From Mobula hypostoma (lineage: Eukaryota), in contig NC_086097.1 in assembly GCF_963921235.1 (NCBI RefSeq), positions 93,870,001-93,934,000 on the forward strand: DNA of 64,000 nt, read 5' to 3'. A program made the translations under genes and the position numbers. The notes under the pieces are model-generated. The model ran no database searches, was not told where the DNA came from, and saw only the letters and a program-made list of their open reading frames with translations. This document shows, piece by piece, positions 52,531 through 64,000 of the stretch. The first letter of the stretch is position 1, and each line of letters opens with the position of its first letter.

Positions 52531-55381
52531 AAGTAAGGTGGATGATCTTGTCGTACAGCTACAGATTGGCAGGTATGATATTGTGGCCATCACTGAGACG
52601 TGGCTAAAGGATGCATGTCTCTGAGAGCTGAACATCCAAGGATACACGGTGTATCGGAAGGCTAGGAAGGTAGGCGAGGGGGAGGCGTGGCTTTATTTGT
52701 AAGAAATGATATTAAATCATTAGAAAGAGGTGACATAGGATTGGAAGGTGCAGAATCTTTATGGGTTGAGCTAAGAAATCGCAGGGGTAAAAGGACCCTG
52801 ATGGCAGTTATATACAGACCTCCAAACAGCTGCTGTGATGTGGACTACAAATTACAAGAGGAAATAGAAAAGGCTTGTCAGAAGGGCAGTGTTATGATAA
52901 TTGTGGGGGATTTTAACATGCGAGTGGATTGGGAAAATCAGGTTGGCACTGGATCTCAAGAGAGAGAATTTGTAGAATGTCTGTGAGATAGCTTTTTAGA
53001 ACAGCTTGTTGTTGAGCCCACTAGGGGATCGGCTGTACTGGATTGGGTATTGTGTAATGAACCGGAGGTGATTAGAGAGATTGAGGTGAAGGAACCCTTA
53101 GGAGACAGTGATCATAACATGATTGAGTTCACTGTGAAATTTGAAAAAGAGAAGCCAAAATCTGATGTGTCGGTATTTCAGTGGAGTAAAGGAAATTATA
53201 GTGGCATGAGAGAGGAACTGGCCAAAGTTGACTGGAAAGGAACACTGGCAGGAAGGACGGCAGAGCAGCAGTGGCTGGAGTTTATGCGAGAAGTGAGGAA
53301 GGTGCAAGACAGGTATATTCCAAAAAAGAAGAAATTTTCGAATGGAAAAAGGATCCAACCGTGGCTGACAAGAGAAGTCAAAGCCAAAGTTAAAGCAAAG
53401 GAGAGGGCATACAAGGAAGCAAAAATTAGTGGGAAGACCGAGGATTGGGAAGTTTTTAAAAGCTTATAAAAGGAAACTAAGAAGGTCATTAAGAGGGAAA
53501 AGATTAACTATGAAAGGAAACTAGCAAATAATATCAAAGAGGATACTAAAAGCTTTTTCAAGTATATAAAGAGTAAAAGACGGGTGAGAGTAGATATAGG
53601 ACCGATAGAAAATGATGCTGGAGAAATTGTAATGGGCGATAAGGAGATGGTGGAGGAACTGAACGAGTATTTTGCATCAGTCTTCACTGAGGAAGACATC
53701 AGCAGTATACCGGACACTCAAGGGTGGCAGGCAAGAGAAGTGTGTGCAGTCACAATTACGACAGAGAAAGTACTCAGGAAGCTGAATAGTCTAAAGGTTG
53801 ATAAATCTCCTGGACCAGATGGAATGCACCCGCGTGTTCTGAAGGAAGTAGCTGTGGAGATTGCGGAGGCATTATTGATAATCTTTCAAACGTCAATAGA
53901 TTCTGGCATGGTTCCGGAGGACTGGAAGATTGCAAATGTCACTCCGCTATTTAAGAAGGGGGCAAGGAAGCAAAAAGGAAATTATAGACCTGTTAGCTTG
54001 ACATCGGTGGTTGGGAAGTTGTTGGAGTCAATTGTCAAGCATGAGGTTACAGAGTACCTGGAGGCATATGACAAGATAGGCAGAACTCAGCATGGATTCC
54101 TTAAGGGAAAATCCTGCCTGACAAACCTATTACAATTTTTTGAGGAAATTACAAGTAGGCTAGACAAGGGAGATGCAGTGGAAGTTCTATATTTGGATTT
54201 TCAGAAGGCCTTTGACAAGATGCCACACATGAGGCTACTTAACAAGATAAGAGCCCACGGAATTACGGGAAAGTTACATACGTGGATAGAGCATTGGCTC
54301 ATTGGCAGGAAACAGAGAGTGGGAATAAAGGGATCCTATTCTGTTTGGCTGCTAGTTACCATTGGTGTTCCACAGGGGTCCGTGTTGGGGCCGCTTCTTT
54401 TTACATTGTACATCAACGATTTGGATTATGGAATAGATGGCTTTGTGGCTAAGTTTGCTGATGATACGAAGATAGGTGAAGATAGCCGGTAGTGCTGAGG
54501 AAACGGAGAGTCTGCAGAGAGACTTGGATAGATTGGAAGAATGGGCAGAGAAGTGGCAAATGAAGTACAATGTTGGAAAGTGTATGTTTATGCTCTTTGG
54601 CAGAAGAAATAAACGGGCAGACTATTATTTAAATGAGGAGAGAATTCAAAGTTCTGAGATGCAACGGGACTTGGGAGTCCTCGTACAGGATACCCTTAAG
54701 GTTAATCTCCAGGTTGAGTCAGTGGTGAAGATGGCGAATGCAATGTTGGCATTCATTTCTAAAGGAATAGAGTATAGGAGCAGGGATGTGATGTTGAGGC
54801 TCTATAAGGCGCTGGTGAGACCTCACTTGGAGTACCGTGGGCAGTTTTGGTCTCCTTATTTAAGAAAGGATGTGCTGACGTTGGAGAGGGTACAGAGAAG
54901 ATTCACTAGAATGATTCCGGGAATGAGAGGGTTAACATATGAGGAACGTTTGTTCGCTCTTGGGCTGTATTCCTTGGAGTTTAGAAGAATGAGGGGAGAC
55001 CTCATAGAAACATTTCGAATGTTGAAAGGCATGGACTGAGTGGATGTGACAAAGTTGTTTCCCATGATGGGGGAGTCTAGTACAAGAGGGCATGACTTAA
55101 GGATTGAAGGACGCCCATTCAGAACAGAGATGCGAAGAAATTTTTTTAGCCAGAGGGTGGTGAATCTATGGAATTTGTTGCCACAGGCCACAGTGGAGGC
55201 CAAGTCATTGAGTGTATTTAAGGCAGAGATTGATAGGTATCTGAGTAGCCAGGGCATCAAAGGTTATGGTGAGAAGGCGGGGGAGTAGGACTAAATGGGA
55301 GAATGGATCAGCTCATGTTAGAATGGTGGAGCAGACTCGATGGGCCGAATGGCCTACTTCTGCTCCTTTGTCTTATGGTCT
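52531..55381 (+). mobile_element. CR1 ORF2 (endonuclease+RT), nested in the opposite orientation
   Basis: IYRPP, VGDFN, SDHN and RT motifs in ORFs 52687..55039; possible TSD AAGTA. Confidence 0.92.
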
Positions 55382-56115
55382 AAGTAGCATCAGCAAATCT
55401 CTCAGGCAGGATATTGGCTCCCCTCCAGTTCAGGTGCAACACATCCCTCTTGTACAGGTCACCCCTTCCCCAGAAAAGGTTCCAATGATCCGAGAACTTG
55501 AAACCCTGTCCCCTGCACCATCTCCTCAGCCACTCATTCATCCGTGCTATCACCCCATTCCTACCTGCACTAGCCCGTGTCACAGGGATTCCTGTGATCC
55601 AGAGATTACCACCTTGGAGGTCCTTCTTTTCACCCTTTCCTAACTCTATATACTCACTATGTAGGACTTCTTCCCCTGTTCTGCCCATGTCATTGGTACT
55701 AATATGCACCACGACCTCTGGCTGATCCCCTTCCCAACTGAGAATATCCTGCAGCTTCTCTGATACATCATGGATCCTTGCGCCCGAGAGGCAACACACC
55801 TCTCTCGCAGCCACAGAATCTCCATTTCTGGTCAGATGGGTTTCTTGGTCCATTCTATGTTAGATTCACTCAGAAAAATATGCACTCCTTGTTGGTGAGG
55901 TGGACTATCAGACTAATTCTCCTCTCTGTCTGCAAGCAGAACTCACCAAAAACAAGCCTTGGTATGAATCCTCTCTTCCCTTCCCCTCAGGGATAGACTT
56001 CTGTGATTCACCCAGAGTTCTAATAAGACCTTCTCTAGTGCTAGGAAATTTATCATTACTGAATTACAATTTCTATGCTTGCTATGGGATTTGAATTCAA
56101 CCCTTTCTTGAGGTC

Positions 56116-56495
56116 ATAGAAACATAGAAACATAGAAAATAGGTGGAGTAGGCCATTCGGCCCTTCGAGCCTGCACCGCCATTTATTATGATCATGGCTG
56201 ATCATCCAACTCAGAACCCAGCCTTCCCTCCATACCCCCTGACCCCTGTAGCCACAAGGGCCATATCTAACTTCCTTTTAAACATAGCTAATGAACTGGC
56301 CTCAACAGTTTGCTGTGGCAGAGAATTCCACAGATTCACCACTCTCTGTGTGAAGAAGTTTTTCCTAACCTCGGTCCTAAAAGGCTTCCCCTCTATCCTC
56401 AAACTGTGACCCCTCGTTCTAGACCTCCCCAACATCGGGAACAATCTTCCCGCATCTAGCCTGTCCAATCCCTTTAGGATCTTATACGTTTCAAA
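56116..56495 (-). mobile_element. Short young CR1 3' end, same subfamily as 25177-26668
   Basis: Nearly identical to 25177-25555. Confidence 0.92.
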
Positions 56496-58525
56496 GTATC
56501 AAACTCCACTTGTACAGTTCTGCTGCTCTGGATCAGGGATTGGGATACTCTCTGGAAGTGAGAAACACTCCTAAAATTGTGGATTTGACTCAACCTACCA
56601 ATCCTGGCCAATACACTCCAAATTAAAAATCTGACAGTATGATGCTCCTCCCCTACTGAAATTCAGTGAGACAAATCGGTCAGTCAGGCTGGATTCTGGG
56701 TGTGCAACACAAAAGACAAAATACATCCTTGGGACTTTGAAGCAAATGTCACACCAAAAATCGACTTGCACCGGTGATGTCAATTTTTGCAAATTATAGA
56801 CATCCAGTCATTTGCATGTAATTGTTTTTTTAATCGCATTGCTATTTTTGCACTTTAGCAGATGGCACATCCAATTAAAAAAAAACTTGGATTGCATTGT
56901 TAAATTTAGTTTCTGATTTCATAACTCGCAAAATCAATACTCAAACGACTAGGCAATGAAACCAACTTTTCAACCTCAAAGGGAAAGTTGAGTTTATTGT
57001 CCTATACACAAATACAATGAAATAAATACAATGCACAAATGCAATGAAAAAATTACTTGCAGCAGCATCTCAGGCACATAGCTTCACACAAGTATCATTC
57101 ACAATAAAATATAATTTGAACATTAGTTATACACTCCAGTATATTCACCAGGATGTTCAATTTCAACTAAGGCAAAACACAACCAGTGTAAACTGGAAAT
57201 AGCAGGTCCGGGAATGTCTGAAACAGAATCATCGACCAGAAACACTAACTCTACCTTTTGTGATGTCACTTTGTTTTGATACTTAACTCAGGTCCAGTGT
57301 TCTTGTCCTTTAACTGGGCATCAACATTTAACTCCGCAGTGGACTAGCTCAGCTGAATTGTTTTGGGTCCAACACTTTAAAGCTCAAAACTGTCCTCAGT
57401 AACTGACATTATGAACACCAGGAATTCACCAACAGAACATTTGCTGCTGCACACACAATCCCATTACAGTTGCTTAGTGCTTCAGTGTTCAAACACCACT
57501 CTAGAACAGTTACCCTCACTGCAATCCAGGCAAAAAAAAATTGCATTAGACCCTGTTATATCAATTGCTTCACATGCCTGGGTGCTGGCTCTTTGTGTTA
57601 AACTGCTAACACTGTGGAAGGTGTTAATTGAGATACTAAAGCGGGATATTTGGCAGTAAACCACAGCCTTCCAAAACTTTTCCAGGTCGCCCTCCCAAAA
57701 GCATTTGATCATATTTTCTCTAATATGTAGATAAAGATTTTCTAAAAGCAAGTTTGGTAATTTGTGCTTACCTTGTTGGAACAGTATCACAGGAGGAGCA
57801 CAATATAATGATGATTAATCTGACAGAGTTCAGTGAATGAAATTCAGTCATAGGAGTCAGATGCACAATCTGCCCTTTCCGTTTTCAAATGACAATTAGT
57901 GTAACTTCTATGTGACTTAATTAGTGTAATGATGGCAGTGTTGAGACAGTGGTTGTTTATTTGGGAAGCAAATAAAATGAAGCTACGGCTAACACTTTAT
58001 ACTCTGCCTGAAACCCAAATGTTACCATGGATCCAGACTTCCAATTTGTGGGAACAGAGTCACTGAGGGGTTGGAAAATACTCCTTTGCAGAAACGTGGC
58101 CAGTGTTCTTTATTGCCCATCCATAGTTGGCCAAAAAAGATGCCATCTCTGATTAGATTTATTCTTCACATTACATGATCTACTATAATACAAAAGGAAA
58201 TAGTCACTTATCTTAAAATCTCCATTTTAGTTTTCAGCTCATTTGGGTGCTGATCTAAGCAATCTCCTTCAGTGCATTTCCCTCTGTACATTTTGCATGT
58301 CTTTTATTTCTCTTACTATGTCATGTTTTGCCTTCTGCTATTATTTCAATATTTGCTGCAAGGATATTGAGTGGTAGCATCTCTATGACTGAGTCAGAAG
58401 ATGCAGAGTTCAGATGTGTTGTGGGTTGGACTGGCACAAAATTGACATTGGCAAGTAGGTGTGGTGGTATGGTTTGACCTTTATTACAATCTGTGGTTTG
58501 TTTTCGTGCTGCTGAAGATGGATAG

Positions 58526-59381
58526 TGTCACATGATTGGCAACAAAGAATATCAATCCGGTCAGGTTTTATAAAAACATTCAAACTTTTACTAAACTCTG
58601 CTCAATATTAAAAAATAAACAAATGAAAACCTTAACCGGAAGTAAACTGCTATGCGGCCATTTAACAATCCGCCACTCAGTACTAGTTCTTAAAGTGATA
58701 AATGCAAAAACAGTTCTTAAAGTGGTAAATTCAAATACAGTTCTTAGAATGGTAAATTCAAAAGTCCAAGAGATTTATACAGTCAATTAGGAGAGACTTT
58801 CCTGAAGTAAAGAATTCCTCGAACATGACGTCACTGCCAATTCCAGCCGGATCCTGCCTTGTCCGCAGGATTCATGACGACGGAACTAAAACGGTTTAAA
58901 GGCACTGACCTTTCCCTCTGTAGACTAGATACTGCACAGCCTTTTCTGCTGCTTTTAGCAGAGGCTATCTCATGCAAACCACTCTTGTACGAATTCAATA
59001 ATGGTCGATTCTCTCCAAAACTGTCAAAAGACTCCTTCAGGTTCCTGTCTTCCCTCTCCAATATTACTGAAAAGCTACATCAACAAATCTGGCAGCTATT
59101 GGTGAAGCTGCCAGCCCAACACTTCTGTACCTTACATTAGAAAGTAAAACTCGGTTTTAAAACTATACTGCATCATGAGATTAATAAGCAATGTAGCGGA
59201 GTATTTGATTGATGATCTAACTGAAAACTAACTGCGTCACCGGGGTCTACACTTATATACCTGGTGAGAACAGGTCATCATGTGACCTCACATCGGCGGG
59301 AAAATTACATCAGGTGACCTCCAAAAGACCATTACATCATCCTCATAAGACAATCACAAGATATCCGTGAAGTATGTAACA
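58526..59381 (-). mobile_element. Solo LTR, 856 bp, 4-bp TSD ATAG
   Basis: TGTCACA...TGTAACA termini; ATAG at 58522-58525 and 59382-59385; minus-strand TATA GGTATATAAGT near 59255; internal 27-bp repeat (3 copies) at 58685-58765. Confidence 0.82.
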
Positions 59382-60242
59382 ATAGCAACTTACTGGCAGT
59401 TCCCAAAGCAAGAAATACAACAAAATACTTTATTAATAACACTTTTTCTGTAAAAAATTATAGTAAACGATCACCACGAACAATGAAGAGATGAGCAAAG
59501 GCGAGGCTGACTCGAGGGTTGAGGCATGCGGGTGCGAGCGAGGTCAAGGCATGTTCGAGGATGAACTGAGGCTGAGGCTGGGGGCCTGCTCCGGGTTTCG
59601 TGCCTGAGGACCCACTCTCATTCTGAATGCTGTTTGCTTGCTTTGATTGTTTGCACAACTTGTTTTTATTCCCTCTCTGCACCTCAGGTGTTTGTGGATT
59701 TTTTTAAATGGGTTCTTTGGGTTTCTTGTTTTGAGGTTGTCTGTAAGGAGTTGAATCTCAAGGGTGTATAATGAATACGCCCTTTGATAATAAATGTACT
59801 TGAACTTTGAACCATCTAACCCATTGGCTCTGAAAGACCAGCCATGCTATTCACAGCTATAACAACTGATATCATAAAGTGTTCACAGCATCACCTGACA
59901 GACAGTTAATTGGCTTTCAAATCGTTCTGCAGGAAATTGAATGTAAAGACTTGACCACACCACTACTATTCTTTTATACTGATGTTTGGCTTTCTTCCAG
60001 TTCTTCAATATTGATATCTCTTTCTCCCAGATACTGCCTGACTTGCAAGATTACAGTTGCATTTTAAACATTTATCCAGGGCCGTGGTGATTTGTATGAA
60101 ATTTACAAGCTACTGAAATCTTATGAGATTTCTGCTTGAGATGTTTGCATTGTGCTGTACCAGAAGATCATTGCAATTTCTCAACTAGACCACTAGATGA
60201 AGTAAGTGAGCTGTCCTAAAGGAAAGGCTCCCCCTGAACCAG

Positions 60243-61560
60243 ACAACGCACACAAAATGCTGGAGGAACCCAGCAGGCCAGGCAGCATCAATGGGAAAAA
60301 AAGTAGAGTCAATGTTTCGGGCTGAAACCCTTCAGCAGGACTGGAGAAAAAAAGCTGAGGAGTAGATTTAAAAGTGGGGGGAGGAGAGAGAGAAACACCA
60401 GGTGATCGGTGAAATCTGGAGGGGGAGGAGATGAAGTAAAGAGCTGGGAAGTTGATTGGCAAAAGAGACAGAAGGCCATGGAAGAAAGAAAAGGGGGAGG
60501 AGCACCAGAGGGAGGCGATGGGCAGGCAAGGAGATAAGGTGAGAGAGGAAAAAAGGGGAAGGGGAATGGTGAAGGGTGGGGGGGGGCATTACCAGAAGTT
60601 CAAGGTCAATGTTCATGCCAACAGGTTGGAGGCTACCCAAATGGAATGTAGGGTGTTGTTCCTCCATTCTAAGTGTGGCCTCATCATGACAGTGGAGGAG
60701 GCCATAGATGGACATATGAGAATGGGAAGTGGAATTAAAATGGGTGGCCACTGGGAGATCCCATTTGTTCTGGCGGATGGAGCGTAGATGCTCGGCGAGG
60801 CGGTCTTCCAATCTATGTTGGATCTCAGAGATATACAACAGGCCACATCAGGAGCACCGAACACAGTAAATGACCCCAACAGACTCACAGGTGAAGTGTT
60901 GCCTCACCTGGAAGGACTGTTTAGGGCCCTGAATGGTAGTGAGGGAGGAGATGTAGCATTTGTTCCACTTGCTAGAATAAGTGCTAGAAGGGAGATCAGT
61001 GGGGAGGGATGAATGGACAAGGGAGTTGCATAGGGAGCGATCCCTGCGGAAAGCTGAAAGTGGGGAGGGGGTGCGAGATGTGTTTGGTGGTGGGGTCCCG
61101 TTGGAGGTGGAGGAATTTTCGGAGAATTATGTGCTGGATGCGGAGGCTGGTGGGGTGGTAGATGAGGACAAGAGGAACCCTATCCCTGGGAGGGTGGTGG
61201 GTGGATGGGGTAATTCCCACTTCCATATTCCCATTCCAATATGTCCATCCATGGCCTCCTCCACTGTTGTGATGAGACCACACTTAGGTTGGAGAACACC
61301 ACCTTATATTCCGTTTGGTTAGCCTCCAACCTGATGGCATGAACATCCATTTCTTGAACCTCCGGTAATGTCCCCCACCACCCCTTCCACGCCCCCATTT
61401 GCTATTTCCCATACCTCCTCAGCTTTTTTTCTCCAGTTCTGCTGAAGGGTTTCGGCCCGAAACATTGACTGCACTTTTTTCCACAGATGCTGCCTGGCCA
61501 GCTGAGTTCCTCCAACATGTTGTGTGTGTTGCTCGGATTTCCAGTGTCTGCAGGTTTTCC
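60243..61560 (-). mobile_element. Penelope-like element (minus, 60243-61210) with an inverted plus-strand end (61220-61560)
   Basis: ORF 60368..60838 LYISEIQHRLEDRLAEH; terminal repeats with degenerate CTGCTGA..GAAAC cores at both ends. Confidence 0.85.
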
Positions 61561-62129
61561 ACCTGAACCAGAGTGGGCTCAGTACATGAGAACCTTTAGA
61601 AGTAGACATACACCATCCAGCACTGTGAGCCAACGCCACCATTTTTTCAGTGTTACTTTTCTGCACCATATCCCTTGATTCACTTAGTATCTAAAATTCT
61701 ATTAAGATCGTAAAGGGACATGACAGGGTTGAAGAGCTGATATAGTTAAGAATGGGAGGCAATCACTTAAAACTGGGGTGTGTGCAGCCTTGTCTTACAG
61801 ACGGTAGCAAGGGTCTGCAATTCACTGCTCCAGAGACATGCAGAGGTTAAATCAGCTGAGAAGGATACAGAGGAAGTAGACACACTTTTGAAATATTGGA
61901 GAATTGAAGGCTAAGAGGAATTGGGATGGGAGATGAGGCCAGGAGCAGATTAGCCATAATGATGATGAATGATGGGAGGTTAAGCAGCAAAGTAGCCCAC
62001 TCCTACTTTATTAAACGGCCTTGAATGATCTCAGTGACTGAGCCTCCACAACCCTTTCAGCACTCTTGTTTTGTTTTTTGTTGTTCCTTTTCACACCTTG
62101 TGGCACAATAGGTGTTTTTTTTTGCTGTT

Positions 62130-62285
62130 GCCTTAGCATTTGCTGTTTCCTTAGCATTTATCTGTTTTTAGTCAGGCCAAGTTGCTCGCTCGACAGTCAA
62201 CCCAGTGTGCAAAGGGCCAGCCAGATTCAAATCGGGACCATTCACCTCAATGTCCGGTGCTGATGCCACTACACCACCGGTTGGC
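62130..62285 (-). mobile_element. tRNA-derived SINE, same family as 2255-2400
   Basis: Shared TTAGCATTT.TCTGT.TT and GATTC.AA.C.GGGACCA..C.CCTC segments. Confidence 0.55.
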
Positions 62286-62409
62286 AATCTTTTAGCCCTC
62301 TGAGTAAAAAAAATTCTTCTCATCCCTGTCCCAACTGGATGACTCATTATTTTGAGATCACCTGAGGAAAATATCAACACTGCCATGTCAAGTCCTTAAA
62401 GAATGTTTT

Positions 62410-62995
62410 GTTTTTATCCACTATGGCCAAGAAAGCACACCTGCACCTCTCAGGAAGTTTGGCCATCTCTCCTCTGGCTCTCACCAACATTTTTTACAGA
62501 TGCACCATAGAAATCACCCTATCCAGATCCAGAATTGCTTGGTATGACAGCGACGTTGTCCACAACCGCACTAAACTACACAGAGCTATGGACCCAGCTC
62601 AGCACATCATGGAAACCAGCCTCCCCTCCAGTGGACTCTGCCTACACTTTTCACTGACTTGGTAAATTAACCAGCTTTATCAAAGACCCCACCCACCCCA
62701 GACATTCTCTCTTCTCTCCCCACCCTCCTCTACTGGGCAGCCTAAAAGCACCAGGCTCAAGGGCAGCTTCCATCCCACAGTTGTGTTGTCCCCTAGTACA
62801 ATGATCTGACAATCTACGGTATCTTGTTATGGCCTTGCACCTGCAGGCACTTTCTATTTAACCGTAGCACCTCACTCAGCATTCTGTTACTGCCTTGCCT
62901 CATGGACTGATGTCACAAAATGATCTGTATGAATGGCATGCTGAACTAAGCTTTTCACTCTGCCTCAGTACGTGTGACAATAATAAACCAATTTA
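62410..62995 (+). mobile_element. Old Rex/L2-type 3' fragment
   Basis: TNIFYRCTIE...AQHIMETSLPS; AATAAA near 62982. Confidence 0.65.
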
Positions 62996-63349
62996 CAATT
63001 TAGTAAAGTTACCTCTCGTACTTCTACTCCCCAAAGAGTTTAGCCCTTAGCTGCTTACTCACTCTCATATGACAGATCTGCTACTATTTTCACTCTTCCC
63101 TCCTCCATCTGCCTATCACATACTATATATAGCACACATATTGCCAGCTCTTTCTCCACCCTCTTCCCTCGCCTCTTTAAACTGGCCATCTCCTCTCCAT
63201 CTATCAATCTTGACCCACAATGTCACCTGTCCATTCCTCTCATTCATGACCCCCACCCCAATGGTCACAGATGTTGCTTGACCTGGTGAGTTACTCCAGC
63301 TGTTTGTTTTGCTCCAGATTCCAACAGCTGGAGTCTCTTGTGACCCTGC

Positions 63350-63800
63350 ACTTACCATGCCTGCCATCAGCTGAAGTATATCCTTCCTTAGATAGGGAAG
63401 CCGGACCTGCACATAATCTTTGAAATAGGGTCTCACCAGGACCCTGTGTAACTAGAGCAAGACATCTACTCTTTAACTCAACTTATCCTGTAATAAAGGC
63501 CAACGTATTGCCTTCCTCAATGCTCGCTGAATAGGCACAGTAATTTCCAGTGATTTGTGTACAAGGACATCCACGTCCCTCTGAGCACCAACATCTTTCA
63601 GTCTCTCATCACTCCATTTCTAATTGTGGCAAGGTGGATGACTTCATTGTTTCCACATTATGTTCCATCTGCCACGTTGCTGCCCATCTGTTTCGACCAT
63701 CTATATTTGCTGAAGTCTCACTGCATCTTCTTCACAGCCTGTACAATAATTATTAAGCCTTGTGCAATCAGCAAGCCCGCACACACTACCTGATTCTTCC
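63350..63800 (-). mobile_element. Old CR1 fragment
   Basis: RPYFKDYVQVRLPYLRKDI. Confidence 0.6.
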
Positions 63801-63858
63801 ATGCAACAATTCTTTAAAAATTAACCATCACTGGTTTAGTGTCACAACTTTTAACATA

Positions 63859-64000
63859 CACTCAGTGGCCACTTTATTAGGTACACTTGTACGCCTGCCC
63901 GTTAATACAAATAACGAATCAGCCAATCACATGGCAGCAACTCAATTCATAAAACCATGTTGACGTGGTTCAGTTGTTGCTCAGAAGAACATCAGAATGG
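63859..64000 (+). mobile_element. Left end of a Tc1-like element (truncated by the window edge)
   Basis: TA + CACTCAGTGGCCACTTTATTAGGTACAC, a Tc1-type terminus. Confidence 0.7.

Larger units (their letters stand above)
48950..55830 (-). mobile_element. Old CR1 LINE hosting two younger CR1 insertions (50237-50880 and 52531-55381)
   Basis: Collinear RT, endonuclease and ORF1 esterase remnants (ORF 55380..55853) resume across both inserts. Confidence 0.85.

Noticed and set aside
56500..58520. PLA2G4-family or other coding exons in unique sequence
   Set aside because: No recognisable protein motif with compatible splice sites on either strand.

Overview
Eukaryotic vertebrate DNA, most likely from a cartilaginous fish (batoid-like), inferred from its CR1, Penelope, Rex/Babar and HE1-like SINE content. 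It holds one complete, intact protein-coding gene, JMJD7 (+ strand, 8 coding exons, 10088-37730, 936-nt CDS, 311 aa, all introns GT-AG and phase-compatible). Most of the rest is transposable elements, often nested: CR1, Rex1/Babar-like and L1/Tx1 LINE fragments, Penelope-like elements with minimal hammerhead ribozymes, SINEs, two solo LTRs with target-site duplications (TSDs), and hAT and Tc1 derivatives. Highlights: (1) a 207-bp TSD-flanked fold-back element with an intact hammerhead in its loop; (2) a long-TIR hAT element carrying foreign cargo; (3) a hAT derivative with a 6-bp TSD; (4) a 58-bp duplication of the JMJD7 start that gives two CTCF-like motifs and an overlapping uORF; (5) a hairpin minisatellite; (6) an RTE-derived insert worth testing for horizontal transfer. 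No CRISPR array or prokaryotic system is present. Family assignments come from motif recognition, not database searches, and the boundaries of old repeats are approximate.
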